Origin: Glycera tridactyla
Lineage: Eukaryota
DNA length: 64,000 bases
Assembly (NCBI GenBank): GCA_965644265.1
Contig: OZ286467.1
Location: forward strand, 63,302,001-63,366,000
Direction of reading: 5' to 3'
Part shown: positions 40,201-55,200 of the stretch, piece after piece
Position numbering within the stretch: the stretch's first letter is position 1
Layout of the letters: each line of letters starts with the position of its first letter
Made by a program: the position numbers and the translations under genes
Notes under the pieces: model-generated
Seen by the model: the letters and a program-made list of their open reading frames with translations, nothing else
What the model was told of the DNA's origin: nothing
Database searches by the model: none

Positions 40201-43200
40201 ATCGATATTTGATTCTACTAAATGAGCAAAATGAATACTCATTCCCGATTTCATCATTGTCGGACTGTACTTGAATGTACAAATCAAATCTGTGAACATG
40301 GAAGGATTGAGATTCACTGTTTGAATTCGTCCCGGGGAGATAGTGCTTTCATTGATGTGTGGATGGAATGAGCACCCTCCTCATGCTGATCATATTTTAA
40401 TTTCTTATACTGCTGAGAACCATGCTTCATCCATTGCACCCATATCTATAGCAGTAGCTACCACAGGTATGTTACACCAGTTGTTATTTATTGCCATCAG
40501 TTGTACCAACCTCTCCATATTGATCAAACTAATCAATATATACAATTTCATCATCGTTTCTTTGTCCATACGTATCCTGATTCATTTCCTAGTCGAGAGA
40601 CATGACAGCAAATATATAGACATCATCCACTTCACCCACATCTTTATCTCAGCCATTCAAATGATAATGCAGAATTACTTTGGTAGAACTAATTCTACTC
40701 AATGTTATTCCTCTTTGCTTTCAGAAGCCCCAGCAGCAGCTACCACAGGTATGTTCACACAAGTTGTTATCTTTTGCGGTCAGTTGTACCAACCTCTCTG
40801 TAGTGATCAAACTAATCGATATATAGAATTTCATCATCGTTTATTTGTCCATACGTATCCTGAATCATTTCCTAGGCGAGAGGCATGGCAGGGAATATAT
40901 AGACTTCATCCACTTCACCCACATCTATATCTCATCCATTCAAATGATAATGCAGAATTACTTTGGGAGAACTAATTTTACCTAATGTTCATCCTCTTTG
41001 CTTTCAGAAGCACCAGCGGTAGTTACCACAGGTATGTAAACACCAGATTCTATTTATTGCCGTCAGTAGTACCAACCTCGCCAAATTGATCAAATGGACC
41101 AACATATGATATCATCATCCATCATTTTCCCATGTGTATTCCGATTCGTTCCAGGGCAAAGAAGCATGAGAGCAACAATAATTAGTTCTGGATTCTATAG
41201 TTGATCATCTATTCTCCATAGTCTGTCCTAAAGATATTGGTACTCTAGATTGATCAGGTGCATTTCGAAAAATATATGTTGACTATTTCATTCCAATGCG
41301 ATGGATCATCACTGACTTTGCGTATATGAGCCTCATCACATTCGACATTCATATGTCATTCAATCAAGTCAAAAATGTGGAAAATTATACATGGATGGCC
41401 ATTCTATCAAAAATTCTGTCACTCCAAAATATCATTACAATAATTTATCTTACCTTGTTATCTGTCTCTACTTACAGCAGCCCCAGGAGCACCTACAACA
41501 GGTACGTGAACACCAACAGAATGAGCAAGTGATTACCCATTTTCGATTTCATCATTGTTGGACTGTACCTGTATGTCCCAATCACATCTGTGGTTCATGG
41601 GCATAGATGGCCAGGTATTGAGTGTCATCGATGGAATCGGTCTAATAGAGATGGTGCCCATATGGATATATGGATGAATCGAGCACCCTCCTACTTTTTA
41701 TCCTATTTTATATTTGTATACTTCTATGAATCACTCTTCACTCATTCTACCTTTCTCTGTATCCCAACTGCTTCATAAATAATGCCAAAATACTTTTTGA
41801 AGATCAATACTACTGAATGTTCATCCTCTTTGCTTTCAGAAGCCCCGGCAGTAGCTACCACAGGTATGTTCACACCAGTTGTTATTTATTGCCATCAGGG
41901 GTACCAACCTCTCAGTATTGATCGAACTAATCCATATATAGAATTCCATTATTGTTCATTTTTCCATGCATATCCTGATTCATTTCCTGGCCGAGAGGCA
42001 TGACAGAAAATAAAGAAAGTTCTGAATTTTATACCATCTTTCAAATTTCACTGTGCTCATATGGATATGCAACTCAATATTGCACTTTATCTTCTGACCA
42101 TATCGTGTTCATGTGCCCTCTAAAGTATCTGCAAAAGATATCGGCTCTTGGTATTGAAGGTGTGCATCTAAAAAAATATATGTTGACTAAGCCATTCAAA
42201 TGAAAGGAATTATTGATGGATGGCCACTTAACTGATAATCTGTGGTTTATAGGACATGAAGGTGTCGAGTGTCACTGTATGATCATCATGTAAAGGCTGT
42301 CTTCAATGTTATTAGGATATCAGAGAATGACATGAATGAAATTCATTTTTTTTTGCAGGACCAGCAGCAACAACAGCAGGTACGAAAAGTAAAAAGGACT
42401 TAGACCAGGAATACAATTACTTTCGACCTACTACTCCTCTTATTTGCCAAGATGAGGCATATTACAATTTTTTGCTGATGATAATACCAATTGAATGTAA
42501 ACAAATGATGATTGGAGAGTCGTATGTATTCTGTCATTGACTTGAAGTCAATGCCGATGGTGGTTAAACAAATAGTCCCACCTGAAGAAAATATGTTACT
42601 TTTTATCTGGTCATTGTTCCACTGTTTCCCTTGTTTTGTCTTTTTTTATCCCTGGTGCACCTCATCCACCTCATTTATCCCTGAATCTTCAAGCAAAGGG
42701 ACACATCATCATGTTCAATTATATGAGTCTATCTATCAAGTGAATGTCGTATATGATACCGTGCATGGCAAGGCACAAATCTGGATTCGAGCACTTGGCA
42801 AGTTGATATTTCAGAAGCTAGATCTTCAAAAAGAATGGAAGGGCTGTGCCATGATCATATTGTCATAGATGCAATAGGCACTTCGCCTTATGCATCATCG
42901 AAGAATATCACGACAGTTTGCTTGACACAGGGATATGAAATCTAAATTTTATTACTCAGATACTTCTCGACATGTCCTGTATCTATGTCAGCTAAAGAAC
43001 ATGTTGAATCTCTCTTTTGCCCATGTAGGACTGACACCATTTGCTGGAGGCGAAGAACTGACAACGACAGCAGCTGAAGAGGAGGAAGAAGTCTTCACAA
43101 CTGGTAGGTTTGATGTCGAAAGCATGCTCTTGATGTATATTCTGCATTCGTCATAAGAATCTTCATGTCAAAAACTTCCACTTGAAGTATTCAATATCTA

Positions 43201-46200
43201 ATTGAATTTTCCCAAATGTATATCTTTTCACACCTTCACAACAGATTTTACTTCTCTTCTATTTTCAACCCTTGTATGTTATCACAAGCCACATCTGAGT
43301 TACTTAAGTGAAATTCCTAGTCCATACGAAATATGTTTGACAATATTAGTAGAATGAGTTTCAATACTGATAGTCTTTCATGAGTTGACACTTTTCATTC
43401 AAAAATGTCAGTGCACTCTCATTTTCGAATATGCCTGATGGTAGATTTCATGCCTCATGAAGTCACTATCCCAGCTGCTGTGAAATCATTGAGAGACAAC
43501 ATTGAGAGAAAATTTAGAGAGAGAGTTTGAAACAGATGGGATTCTCGGTGCTCAATCAATCACTTTTTACAACCTTATCGACTAGCACAAAGGATTGTTG
43601 GCCAACAGTTGATACCTCTTCAGAACTTTGATTCATCCTACTTACCTACTTACCCATCGATTTAAGAATTGATGCATGTGTCCTGTTTGAGAATATCGGA
43701 GGAAGGATGACCTTCACTGAATATTCATCTTCATTGCTTTCAGGAGCACCAGCAGCTGCAACCACAGGTATGTTGACACCAGTTGTTATTCATGGTCGTC
43801 AGTTGTACCAACCTCACCAAATTGATCAAAATGACGCATATATTTGCTTCCATCATCGTTCCAAATGGATTGGGCTCCCTACTTATTCTGATCATGTTTA
43901 ATTTGTGTATACTTTTGAGACCTATCCATCATTCATTACACCTACTTGTATATCTCATTCGTTCCAATAATAATGCAAAATACTTTGGAAGGACTAATTC
44001 TACTGAATGATCATCTTCTTTGCTTTCAGAAGCACCAGAAGTACCCACCACAGGTATGTATACACAAGTTGTTATCAATTGCTGTCAGTTGTGCAGACCC
44101 CACCAAATTTATCACAAATGGACCTATATATATATGATTTCATCACCGTTCATTTGTCCATGCAGATTCCGATTCATTCACAGGCCAAGACCCATGAGAG
44201 CACATATATGGTTGTGAATAAAACATCTTCAATATTTCAATGTGCATATCTGGAAATGCAACTCGATTGAGCACTCTATCTTCCGACCTTTTCTCCATCT
44301 GCTCTCTCAAGTCTGTCTGAAAGACATCGGCTCTAAAGATTGAAGGGTTGTATTTAAAAAAATATATTGAGCAGTCAATTCAAATGAAATGGATCACCAA
44401 TAACATTGAGTATATGAGACTCATCCATGTGATTATCCATATGTCAATATATGGAGTCGAAAATGTGGAAATTATTGATGTATGGCCTCTCGACTTAAAA
44501 TTCTGTCCCTTTGAAATATCATTACAATGGTTGACCTATCTGACTCTGTATCTTTGTCTACTTCCAGCAGCCCCGGGAGCACCAACAACAGGTACGTGAA
44601 CACCAATTAGAATCGATATTTGATTCTACTAAATGAGCAAAATGAATACTCATTCCCGATTTCATCATTGTCGGACTGTACTTGAATGTACAAATCAAAT
44701 CTGTGAACATGGAAGGATTGAGATTCACTGTTTGAATTCGTCCCGGGGAGATAGTGCTTTCATTGATGTGTGGATGGAATGAGCACCCTCCTCATGCTGA
44801 TCATATTTTAATTTCTTATACTGCTGAGAACCATGCTTCATCCATTGCACCCATATCTATAGCAGTAGCTACCACAGGTATGTTACACCAGTTGTTATTT
44901 ATTGCCATCAGTTGTACCAACCTCTCCATATTGATCAAACTAATCAATATATACAATTTCATCATCGTTTCTTTGTCCATACGTATCCTGATTCATTTCC
45001 TAGTCGAGAGACATGACAGCAAATATATAGACATCATCCACTTCACCCACATCTTTATCTCAGCCATTCAAATGATAATGCAGAATTACTTTGGTAGAAC
45101 TAATTCTACTCAATGTTATTCCTCTTTGCTTTCAGAAGCCCCAGCAGCAGCTACCACAGGTATGTTCACACAAGTTGTTATCTTTTGCGGTCAGTTGTAC
45201 CAACCTCTCTGTAGTGATCAAACTAATCGATATATAGAATTTCATCATCGTTTATTTGTCCATACGTATCCTGAATCATTTCCTAGGCGAGAGGCATGGC
45301 AGGGAATATATAGACTTCATCCACTTCACCCACATCTATATCTCATCCATTCAAATGATAATGCAGAATTACTTTGGGAGAACTAATTTTACCTAATGTT
45401 CATCCTCTTTGCTTTCAGAAGCACCAGCGGTAGTTACCACAGGTATGTAAACACCAGATTCTATTTATTGCCGTCAGTAGTACCAACCTCGCCAAATTGA
45501 TCAAATGGACCAACATATGATATCATCATCCATCATTTTCCCATGTGTATTCCGATTCGTTCCAGGGCAAAGAAGCATGAGAGCAATAATAATTAGTTCT
45601 GGATTCTATAGTTGATCATCTATTCTCCATAGTCTGTCCTAAAGATATTGGTACTCTAGATTGATCAGGTGCATCTCGAAAAATATATGTTGACTATTTC
45701 ATTCCAATGCAATGGATCATCACTGACTTTGCGTATATGAGCCTCATCACATTCGACATTCATATGTCATTCAATCAAGTCAAAAATGTGGAAAATTATA
45801 CATGGATGGCCATTCTATCAAAAATTCTGTCACTCCAAAATATCATTACAATAATTTATCTTACTTACCTTGTTATCTGTGTCTACTTACAGCAGCCCCA
45901 GGAGCACCTACAACAGGTACGTGAACACCAACAGAATGAGCAAGTGATTACCCATTTTCGATTTCATCATTGTTGGACTGTACCTGTATGTCCCAATCAC
46001 ATCTGTGGTTCATGGGCATAGACAGCCAGGTATTGAGTGTCATCGATGGAATCGGTCTAATAGAGATGGTGCCCATATGGATATATGGATGAATCGAGCA
46101 CCCTCCTACTTTTTATCCTATTTTATATTTGTATACTTCTATGAATCACTCTTCACTCATTCTACCTTTCTCTGTATCCCAACTGCTTCATAAATAATGC

Positions 46201-49200
46201 CAAAATACTTTTTGAAGATCAATACTACTGAATGTTCATCCTCTTTGCTTTCAGAAGCCCCGGCAGTAGCTACCACAGGTATGTTCACACCAGTTGTTAT
46301 TTATTGCCATCAGTGGTACCAACCTCTCAGTATTGATCGAACTAATCCATATATAGAATTCCATTATCGTTCATTTTTCCATGCATATCCTGATTCATTT
46401 CCTGGCCGAGAGGCATGACAGAAAATAAAGAAAGTTCTGAATTTTATACCATCTTTCAAATTTCACTGTGCTCATATGGATATGCAACTCAATATTGCAC
46501 TTTATCTTCTGACCATATCGTGTTCATGTGCCCTCTAAAGTATCTGCAAAAGATATCGGCTCTTGGTATTGAAGGTGTGCATCTAAAAAAATATATGTTG
46601 ACTAAGCCATTCAAATGAAAGGAATTATTGATGGATGGCCACTTAACTGATAATCTGTGGTTTATAGGACATGAAGGTGTCGAGTGTCACTGTATGATCA
46701 TCATGTAAAGGCTGTCTTCAATGTTATTAGGATATCAGAGAATGACATGAATGAAATTCATTTTTTTTTGCAGGACCAGCAGCAACAACAGCAGGTACGA
46801 AAAGTAAAAAGGACTTAGACCAGGAATACAATTACTTTCGACCTACTACTCCTCTTATTTGCCAAGATGAGGCATATTACAATTTTTTGCTGATGATAAT
46901 ACCAATTGAATGTAAACAAATGATGATTGGAGAGTCGTATGTATTCTGTCATTGACTTGAAGTCAATGCCGATGGTGGTTAAACAAATAGTCCCACCTGA
47001 AGAAAATATGTTACTTTTTATCTGGTCATTGTTCCACTGTTTCCCTTGTTTTGTCTTTTTTTATCCCTGGTGCACCTCATCCACCTCATTTATCCCTGAA
47101 TCTTCAAGCAAAGGGACACATCATCATGTTCAATTATATGAGTCTATCTATCAAGTGAATGTCGTATATGATACCGTGCATGGCAAGGCACAAATCTGGA
47201 TTCGAGCACTTGGCAAGTTGATATTTCAGAAGCTAGATCTTCAAAAAGAATGGAAGGGCTGTGCCATGATCATATTGTCATAGATGCAATAGGCACTTCG
47301 CCTTATGCATCATCGAAGAATATCACGACAGTTTGCTTGACACAGGGATATGAAATCTGAATTTTATTACTCAGATACTTCTCGACATGTCCTGTATCTA
47401 TGTCAGCTAAAGAACATGTTGAATCTCTCTTTTGCCCATGTAGGACTGACACCATTTGCTGGAGGCGAAGAACTGACAACGACAGCAGCTGAAGAGGAGG
47501 AAGAAGTCTTCACAACTGGTAGGTTTGATGTCGAAAGCATGCTCTTGACGTATATTCTGCATTCGTCATAAGAATCTTCATGTCAAAAACTTCCACTTGA
47601 AGTATTCAATATCTAATTGAATTTTCCCAAATGTATATCTTTTCACACCTTCACAACAGATTTTACTTCTCTTCTATTTTCAACCCTTGTATGTTATCAC
47701 AAGCCACATCTGAGTTACTTGAGTGAAATTCCTAGTCCATACGAAATATGTTTGACAATATTAGTAGAATGAGTTTCAATACTGATAGTCTTTCATGAGT
47801 TGACACTTTTCATTCAAAAATGTCAGTGCACTCTCATTTTCGAATATGCCTGATGGTAGATTTCATGCCTCATGAAGTCACTATCCCAGCTGCTGTGAAA
47901 TCATTGAGAGACAACATTGAGAGAAAATTTAGAGAGAGAGTTTGAAACAGATGGGATTCTCGGTGCTCAATCAATCACTTTTTACAACCTTATCGACTAG
48001 CACAAAGGATTGTTGGCCAACAGTTGATACCTCTTCAGAACTTTGATTCATCCTACTTACCTACTTACCCATCGATTTAAGAATTGATGCATGTGTCCTG
48101 TTTGAGAATATCGGAGGAAGGATGACCTTCACTGAATATTCATCTTCATTGCTTTCAGGAGCACCAGCAGCTGCAACCACAGGTATGTTGACACCAGTTG
48201 TTATTCATGGTCGTCAGTTGTACCAACCTCACCAAATTGATCAAAATGACGCATATATTTGCTTCCATCATCGTTCCAAATGGATTGGGCTCCCTTCTTA
48301 TTCTGATCATGTTTAATTTGTGTATACTTTTGAGACCTATCCATCATTCATTACACCTACTTGTATATCTCATTCGTTCCAATAATAATGCAAAATACTT
48401 TGGAAGGACTAATTCTACTGAATGATCATCTTCTTTGCTTTCAGAAGCACCAGAAGTACCCACCACAGGTATGTATACACAAGTTGTTATCAATTGCTGT
48501 CAGTTGTGCAGACCCCACCAAATTTATCACAAATGGACCTATATATATATGATTTCATCACCGTTCATTTGTCCATGCAGATTCCGATTCATTCACAGGC
48601 CAAGACCCATGAGAGCACATATATGGTTGTGAATAAAACATCTTCAATATTTCAATGTGCATATCTGGAAATGCAACTCGATTGAGCACTCTATCTTCCG
48701 ACCTTTTCTCCATCTACTCTCTCAAGTCTGTCTGAAAGACATCGGCTCTAAAGATTGAAGGGTTGTATTTAAAAAAATATATTGAGCAGTCAATTCAAAT
48801 GAAATGGATCACCAATAACATTGAGTATATGAGACTCATCCATGTGATTATCCATATGTCAATATATGGAGTCGAAAATGTGGAAATTATTGATGTATGG
48901 CCTCTCGACTTAAAATTCTGTCCCTTTGAAATATCATTACAATGGTTGACCTATCTGACTCTGTATCTTTGTCTACTTCCAGCAGCCCCGGGAGCACCAA
49001 CAACAGGTACGTGAACACCAATTAGAATCGATATTTGATTCTACTAAATGAGCAAAATGAATACTCATTCCCGATTTCATCATTGTCGGACTGTACTTGA
49101 ATGTACAAATCAAATCTGTGAACATGGAAGGATTGAGATTCACTGTTTGAATTCGTCCCGGGGAGATAGTGCTTTCATTGATGTGTGGATGGAATGAGCA

Positions 49201-52200
49201 CCCTCCTCATGCTGATCATATTTTAATTTCTTATACTGCTGAGAACCATGCTTCATCCATTGCACCCATATCTATAGCAGTAGCTACCACAGGTATGTTA
49301 CACCAGTTGTTATTTATTGCCATCAGTTGTACCAACCTCTCCATATTGATCAAACTAATCAATATATACAATTTCATCATCGTTTCTTTGTCCATACGTA
49401 TCCTGATTCATTTCCTAGTCGAGAGACATGACAGCAAATATATAGACATCATCCACTTCACCCACATCTTTATCTCAGCCATTCAAATGATAATGCAGAA
49501 TTACTTTGGTAGAACTAATTCTACTCAATGTTATTCCTCTTTGCTTTCAGAAGCCCCAGCAGCAGCTACCACAGGTATGTTCACACAAGTTGTTATCTTT
49601 TGCGGTCAGTTGTACCAACCTCTCTGTAGTGATCAAACTAATCGATATATAGAATTTCATCATCGTTTATTTGTCCATACGTATCCTGAATCATTTCCTA
49701 GGCGAGAGGCATGGCAGGGAATATATAGACTTCATCCACTTCACCCACATCTATATCTCATCCATTCAAATGATAATGCAGAATTACTTTGGGAGAACTA
49801 ATTTTACCTAATGTTCATCCTCTTTGCTTTCAGAAGCACCAGCGGTAGTTACCACAGGTATGTAAACACCAGATTCTATTTATTGCCGTCAGTAGTACCA
49901 ACCTCGCCAAATTGATCAAATGGACCAACATATGATATCATCATCCATCATTTTCCCATGTGTATTCCGATTCGTTCCAGGGCAAAGAAGCATGAGAGCA
50001 ATAATAATTAGTTCTGGATTCTATAGTTGATCATCTATTCTCCATAGTCTGTCCTAAAGATATTGGTACTCTAGATTGATCAGGTGCATCTCGAAAAATA
50101 TATGTTGACTATTTCATTCCAATGCAATGGATCATCACTGACTTTGCGTATATGAGCCTCATCACATTCGACATTCATATGTCATTCAATCAAGTCAAAA
50201 ATGTGGAAAATTATACATGGATGGCCATTCTATCAAAAATTCTGTCACTCCAAAATATCATTACAATAATTTATCTTACTTACCTTGTTATCTGTGTCTA
50301 CTTACAGCAGCCCCAGGAGCACCTACAACAGGTACGTGAACACCAACAGAATGAGCAAGTGATTACCCATTTTCGATTTCATCATTGTTGGACTGTACCT
50401 GTATGTCCCAATCACATCTGTGGTTCATGGGCATAGACAGCCAGGTATTGAGTGTCATCGATGGAATCGGTCTAATAGAGATGGTGCCCATATGGATATA
50501 TGGATGAATCGAGCACCCTCCTACTTTTTATCCTATTTTATATTTGTATACTTCTATGAATCACTCTTCACTCATTCTACCTTTCTCTGTATCCCAACTG
50601 CTTCATAAATAATGCCAAAATACTTTTTGAAGATCAATACTACTGAATGTTCATCCTCTTTGCTTTCAGAAGCCCCGGCAGTAGCTACCACAGGTATGTT
50701 CACACCAGTTGTTATTTATTGCCATCAGTGGTACCAACCTCTCAGTATTGATCGAACTAATCCATATATAGAATTCCATTATCGTTCATTTTTCCATGCA
50801 TATCCTGATTCATTTCCTGGCCGAGAGGCATGACAGAAAATAAAGAAAGTTCTGAATTTTATACCATCTTTCAAATTTCACTGTGCTCATATGGATATGC
50901 AACTCAATATTGCACTTTATCTTCTGACCATATCGTGTTCATGTGCCCTCTAAAGTATCTGCAAAAGATATCGGCTCTTGGTATTGAAGGTGTGCATCTA
51001 AAAAAATATATGTTGACTAAGCCATTCAAATGAAAGGAATTATTGATGGATGGCCACTTAACTGATAATCTGTGGTTTATAGGACATGAAGGTGTCGAGT
51101 GTCACTGTATGATCATCATGTAAAGGCTGTCTTCAATGTTATTAGGATATCAGAGAATGACATGAATGAAATTCATTTTTTTTTGCAGGACCAGCAGCAA
51201 CAACAGCAGGTACGAAAAGTAAAAAGGACTTAGACCAGGAATACAATTACTTTCGACCTACTACTCCTCTTATTTGCCAAGATGAGGCATATTACAATTT
51301 TTTGCTGATGATAATACCAATTGAATGTAAACAAATGATGATTGGAGAGTCGTATGTATTCTGTCATTGACTTGAAGTCAATGCCGATGGTGGTTAAACA
51401 AATAGTCCCACCTGAAGAAAATATGTTACTTTTTATCTGGTCATTGTTCCACTGTTTCCCTTGTTTTGTCTTTTTTTATCCCTGGTGCACCTCATCCACC
51501 TCATTTATCCCTGAATCTTCAAGCAAAGGGACACATCATCATGTTCAATTATATGAGTCTATCTATCAAGTGAATGTCGTATATGATACCGTGCATGGCA
51601 AGGCACAAATCTGGATTCGAGCACTTGGCAAGTTGATATTTCAGAAGCTAGATCTTCAAAAAGAATGGAAGGGCTGTGCCATGATCATATTGTCATAGAT
51701 GCAATAGGCACTTCGCCTTATGCATCATCGAAGAATATCACGACAGTTTGCTTGACACAGGGATATGAAATCTGAATTTTATTACTCAGATACTTCTCGA
51801 CATGTCCTGTATCTATGTCAGCTAAAGAACATGTTGAATCTCTCTTTTGCCCATGTAGGACTGACACCATTTGCTGGAGGCGAAGAACTGACAACGACAG
51901 CAGCTGAAGAGGAGGAAGAAGTCTTCACAACTGGTAGGTTTGATGTCGAAAGCATGCTCCTGATGTATATTCTGCATTCGTCATAAGAATCTTCATGTCA
52001 AAAACTTCCACTTGAAGTATTCAATATCTAATTGAATTTTCCCAAATGTATATCTTTTCACACCTTCACAACAGATTTTACTTCTCTTCTATTTTCAACC
52101 CTTGTATGTTACCACGAGCCACATCTGAGTTACTTGAGTGAAATTCCTAGTCCATACGAAATATGATTGACAATATTAGTAGAATGAGTTTCAATACTGA

Positions 52201-55200
52201 TAGTCTTTCATGAGTTGACACTTTTCATTCAAAAATGTCAGTGCACTCTCATTTACGAATATGCCTGATGGTAGATTTCATGCCTCATGAAGTCACTATC
52301 CCAGCTGCTGTGAAATCATTGAGAGACAACATTGAGAGAAAATTTAGAGAGAGAGTTTGAAACAGATGGGATTCTCGGTGCTCAATCAATCACTTTTTAC
52401 AACCTTATCGACTAGCACAAAGGATTGTTGGCCAACAGTTGATACCTCTTCAGAACTTTGATTCATCCTACTTACCTACTTACCCATCGATTTAAGAATT
52501 GATGCATGTGTCCTGTTTGAGAATATCGGAGGAAGGATGACCTTCACTGAATATTCATCTTCATTGCTTTCAGGAGCACCAGCAGCTGCAACCACAGGTA
52601 TGTTGACACCAGTTGTTATTCATGGTCGTCAGTTGTACCAACCTCACCAAATTGATCAAAATGACGCATATATTTGCTTCCATCATCGTTCCAAATGGAT
52701 TGGGCTCCCTTCTTATTCTGATCATGTTTAATTTGTGTATACTTTTGAGACCTATCCATCATTCATTACACCTACTCGTATATCTCATTCATTCCAATAA
52801 TAATGCAAAATACTTTGGAAGGACTAATTTTACTGAATGATCATCTTCTTTGCTTTCAGAAGCACCAGAAGTACCCACCACAGGTATGTATACACAAGTT
52901 GTTATCAATTGCTGTCAGTTGTGCAGACCCCACCAAATTTATCACAAATGGACCTATATATATATGATTTCATCACCGTTCATTTGTCCATGCAGATCCT
53001 GATTCATTCACAGGCCAAGACCCATGAGAGCACATATATGGTTGTGAATAAAACATCGTCAATATTTCGATGTGCATATCTGGAAATGCAACTCGATTGA
53101 GCACTCTATCTTCCGACCTTTTCTCTATCTTCTCTCTCGAGTCTGTCTGAAAGACATTGGCTCTAAATATTGAAGGGTTGTATTTAAAAAAATATATTGA
53201 GCAGTCAATTCAAATGAAATGGATCACCAATAACATTGAGTATATGAGACTCATCCATGTGATTATCCCTATGTCAATATATGGAGTCGAAAATGTGGAA
53301 ATTATTGACGTATGGCCTCTCGACTTGAAATTCTGTCCCTTTGAAATATCATTACAATGGTTGACCTATCTGACTCTGTATCTTTGTCTACTTCCAGCAG
53401 CCCCAGGAGCACCAACAACAGGTACGTGAACACCAATTAGAATCGATATTTGATTCTAATAAATGAGCAAAATGAATACTCATTTCCGATTTCATCATTG
53501 TCGGACTGTACTTGAATGTACAAATCAAATCTGTGAACATGGAAGGATTGAGGTTCACTGTTGGAATTCGTCTCGGGGAGATGGTGCTTTCATGGATGTG
53601 TGGATGAAATGAGCACCCTCCTCATGCTGATCATATTTTAATTTCTTATTCTGCTGAGAACCATGCTTCATCCATTTCACCCATATCTATAGCAGTAGCT
53701 ACCACAGGTATGTTACACCAGTTGTTATTTATTGCCATCAGTTGTGCCAACCTCTCCATATTGATCAAACTAATCAATATATACAATTTCATCATCGTTT
53801 ATTTGTCCATACGTATCCTGATTCATTTCCTAGTCGAGAAACATGACAGCGAATATATAGACATCATCCACTTCACCCACATCTATATCTCAGCCATTCA
53901 AATGATAATGCGGAATTACTTTGGTAGAACTAATTCTACTTAATGTTCATCCTCTTTGCTTTCAGAAGCCCCAGCAGCAGCTACCACAGGTTAATTCAAT
54001 ACCGTGCTTCTCCTTCAAATTAAGCATTTGCCCTCGGCTAACTGCCCACGCTCGAACTTCACAACATAAGTGAAGATTTTCCAAAAGTACTCCCCCTCCG
54101 ATCCGCACCAATATCCCCGAAGAGGATCCCCTTCGGCGGATGTAAACATACGCGCATCCGCACCTGCGCACTTCGTATTTTTTCGCTTCGCTTTGCTCAG
54201 CAATCACGCGTTGAAATACCTCGGCTCTTTTTCAGGATTATTCTTGATATTTCAAGCCCGCGTTCATTCTATTGTATTATTCATGTTTACGGCGTTCTTG
54301 CGCCACTTATTCACTCAGCGCCGACGCCGTATATAGTGTGTAATTCGTGTAGTTAGACGGGCCAATTTCGGGTGCCCTGGCACCCGGCGTTGTCCGGTGA
54401 CGCTCTGCGTTGTCAGACTGCAGGAAGCACTTTCGTCGTGCGTAGTGAATTTACAGTGAACTGTAGTTGTGTTCACTACACCTTATTTTGTTTATTCTTC
54501 CATGAAACGCTGTCACTCCAATTGTTGCGTTTCATGAGAATTGTTCATTTTGTCCGGTGATACAACGTGTTGACTTTGTTGCACATTTGAAATGACCTAT
54601 CCCAGCATAGGTTTGTGATTTTCATATCATTACAGGTGCTCTATAACAACCATGTCGTCAGGACAAAAGCTTGGCCTATGTGGCCATTTTGTAGCTGCTT
54701 GGGACCAGCACCCGGTTTGCCCATCTTGTAGACCATGTGGAAAACCGAGTGAAGATTCAGAACAGAATGTTGTATGCAACATTTGTAGTGAGTGGTCTCA
54801 GGAGCAGTGGGACCGTTTTCAGTCTAGGCGTACTTACAAATCCAAAAATAGGTCGCCTTCAGTTAGCTCTTCACAGTCTGAAAAATCTCATTCAGTTAAA
54901 TCCTTCAAGCTCAAAACCGCGTCAGTGAAAGTTGAAAGGTTGGCTGAATCAACTTGTGTTGAGTTAGGTCCTACATCTAAGAAAGCTAGGCAAACTCAGT
55001 CAGCTTTAGCTAGATTGGCCGATGCTTCTAGTGAGTCAGAAAACAGTGCGTCTGATCAACCGATGAGCTCTGTCCGTCCGTCACCTAGATCTTATTCTGA
55101 GGCTCTCAGACAGACAGTTAGTCATTCTCCTAAAGTTTCTTTCAAGACACCTTGTTTGACATCCTTAGGTAACACTTCTAGGATTCAAAAGAGAGTTTCT

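Noticed and set aside
1481-53943. Dozens of 60-210 aa ORFs in the track recurring every 4.4 kb
   Set aside because: They are chance readings through intron DNA; their starts, stops and frames differ between near-identical units, and only the embedded micro-exon peptides are consistent.
1193-53989. CRISPR-like appearance of short conserved repeats (..CAGCAG..ACCACAG) separated by spacers
   Set aside because: The intervals are ~250-650 bp, are themselves repeated with a 4.4 kb period, and are bounded by GT..AG. They are introns; no cas genes are present and the context is eukaryotic.
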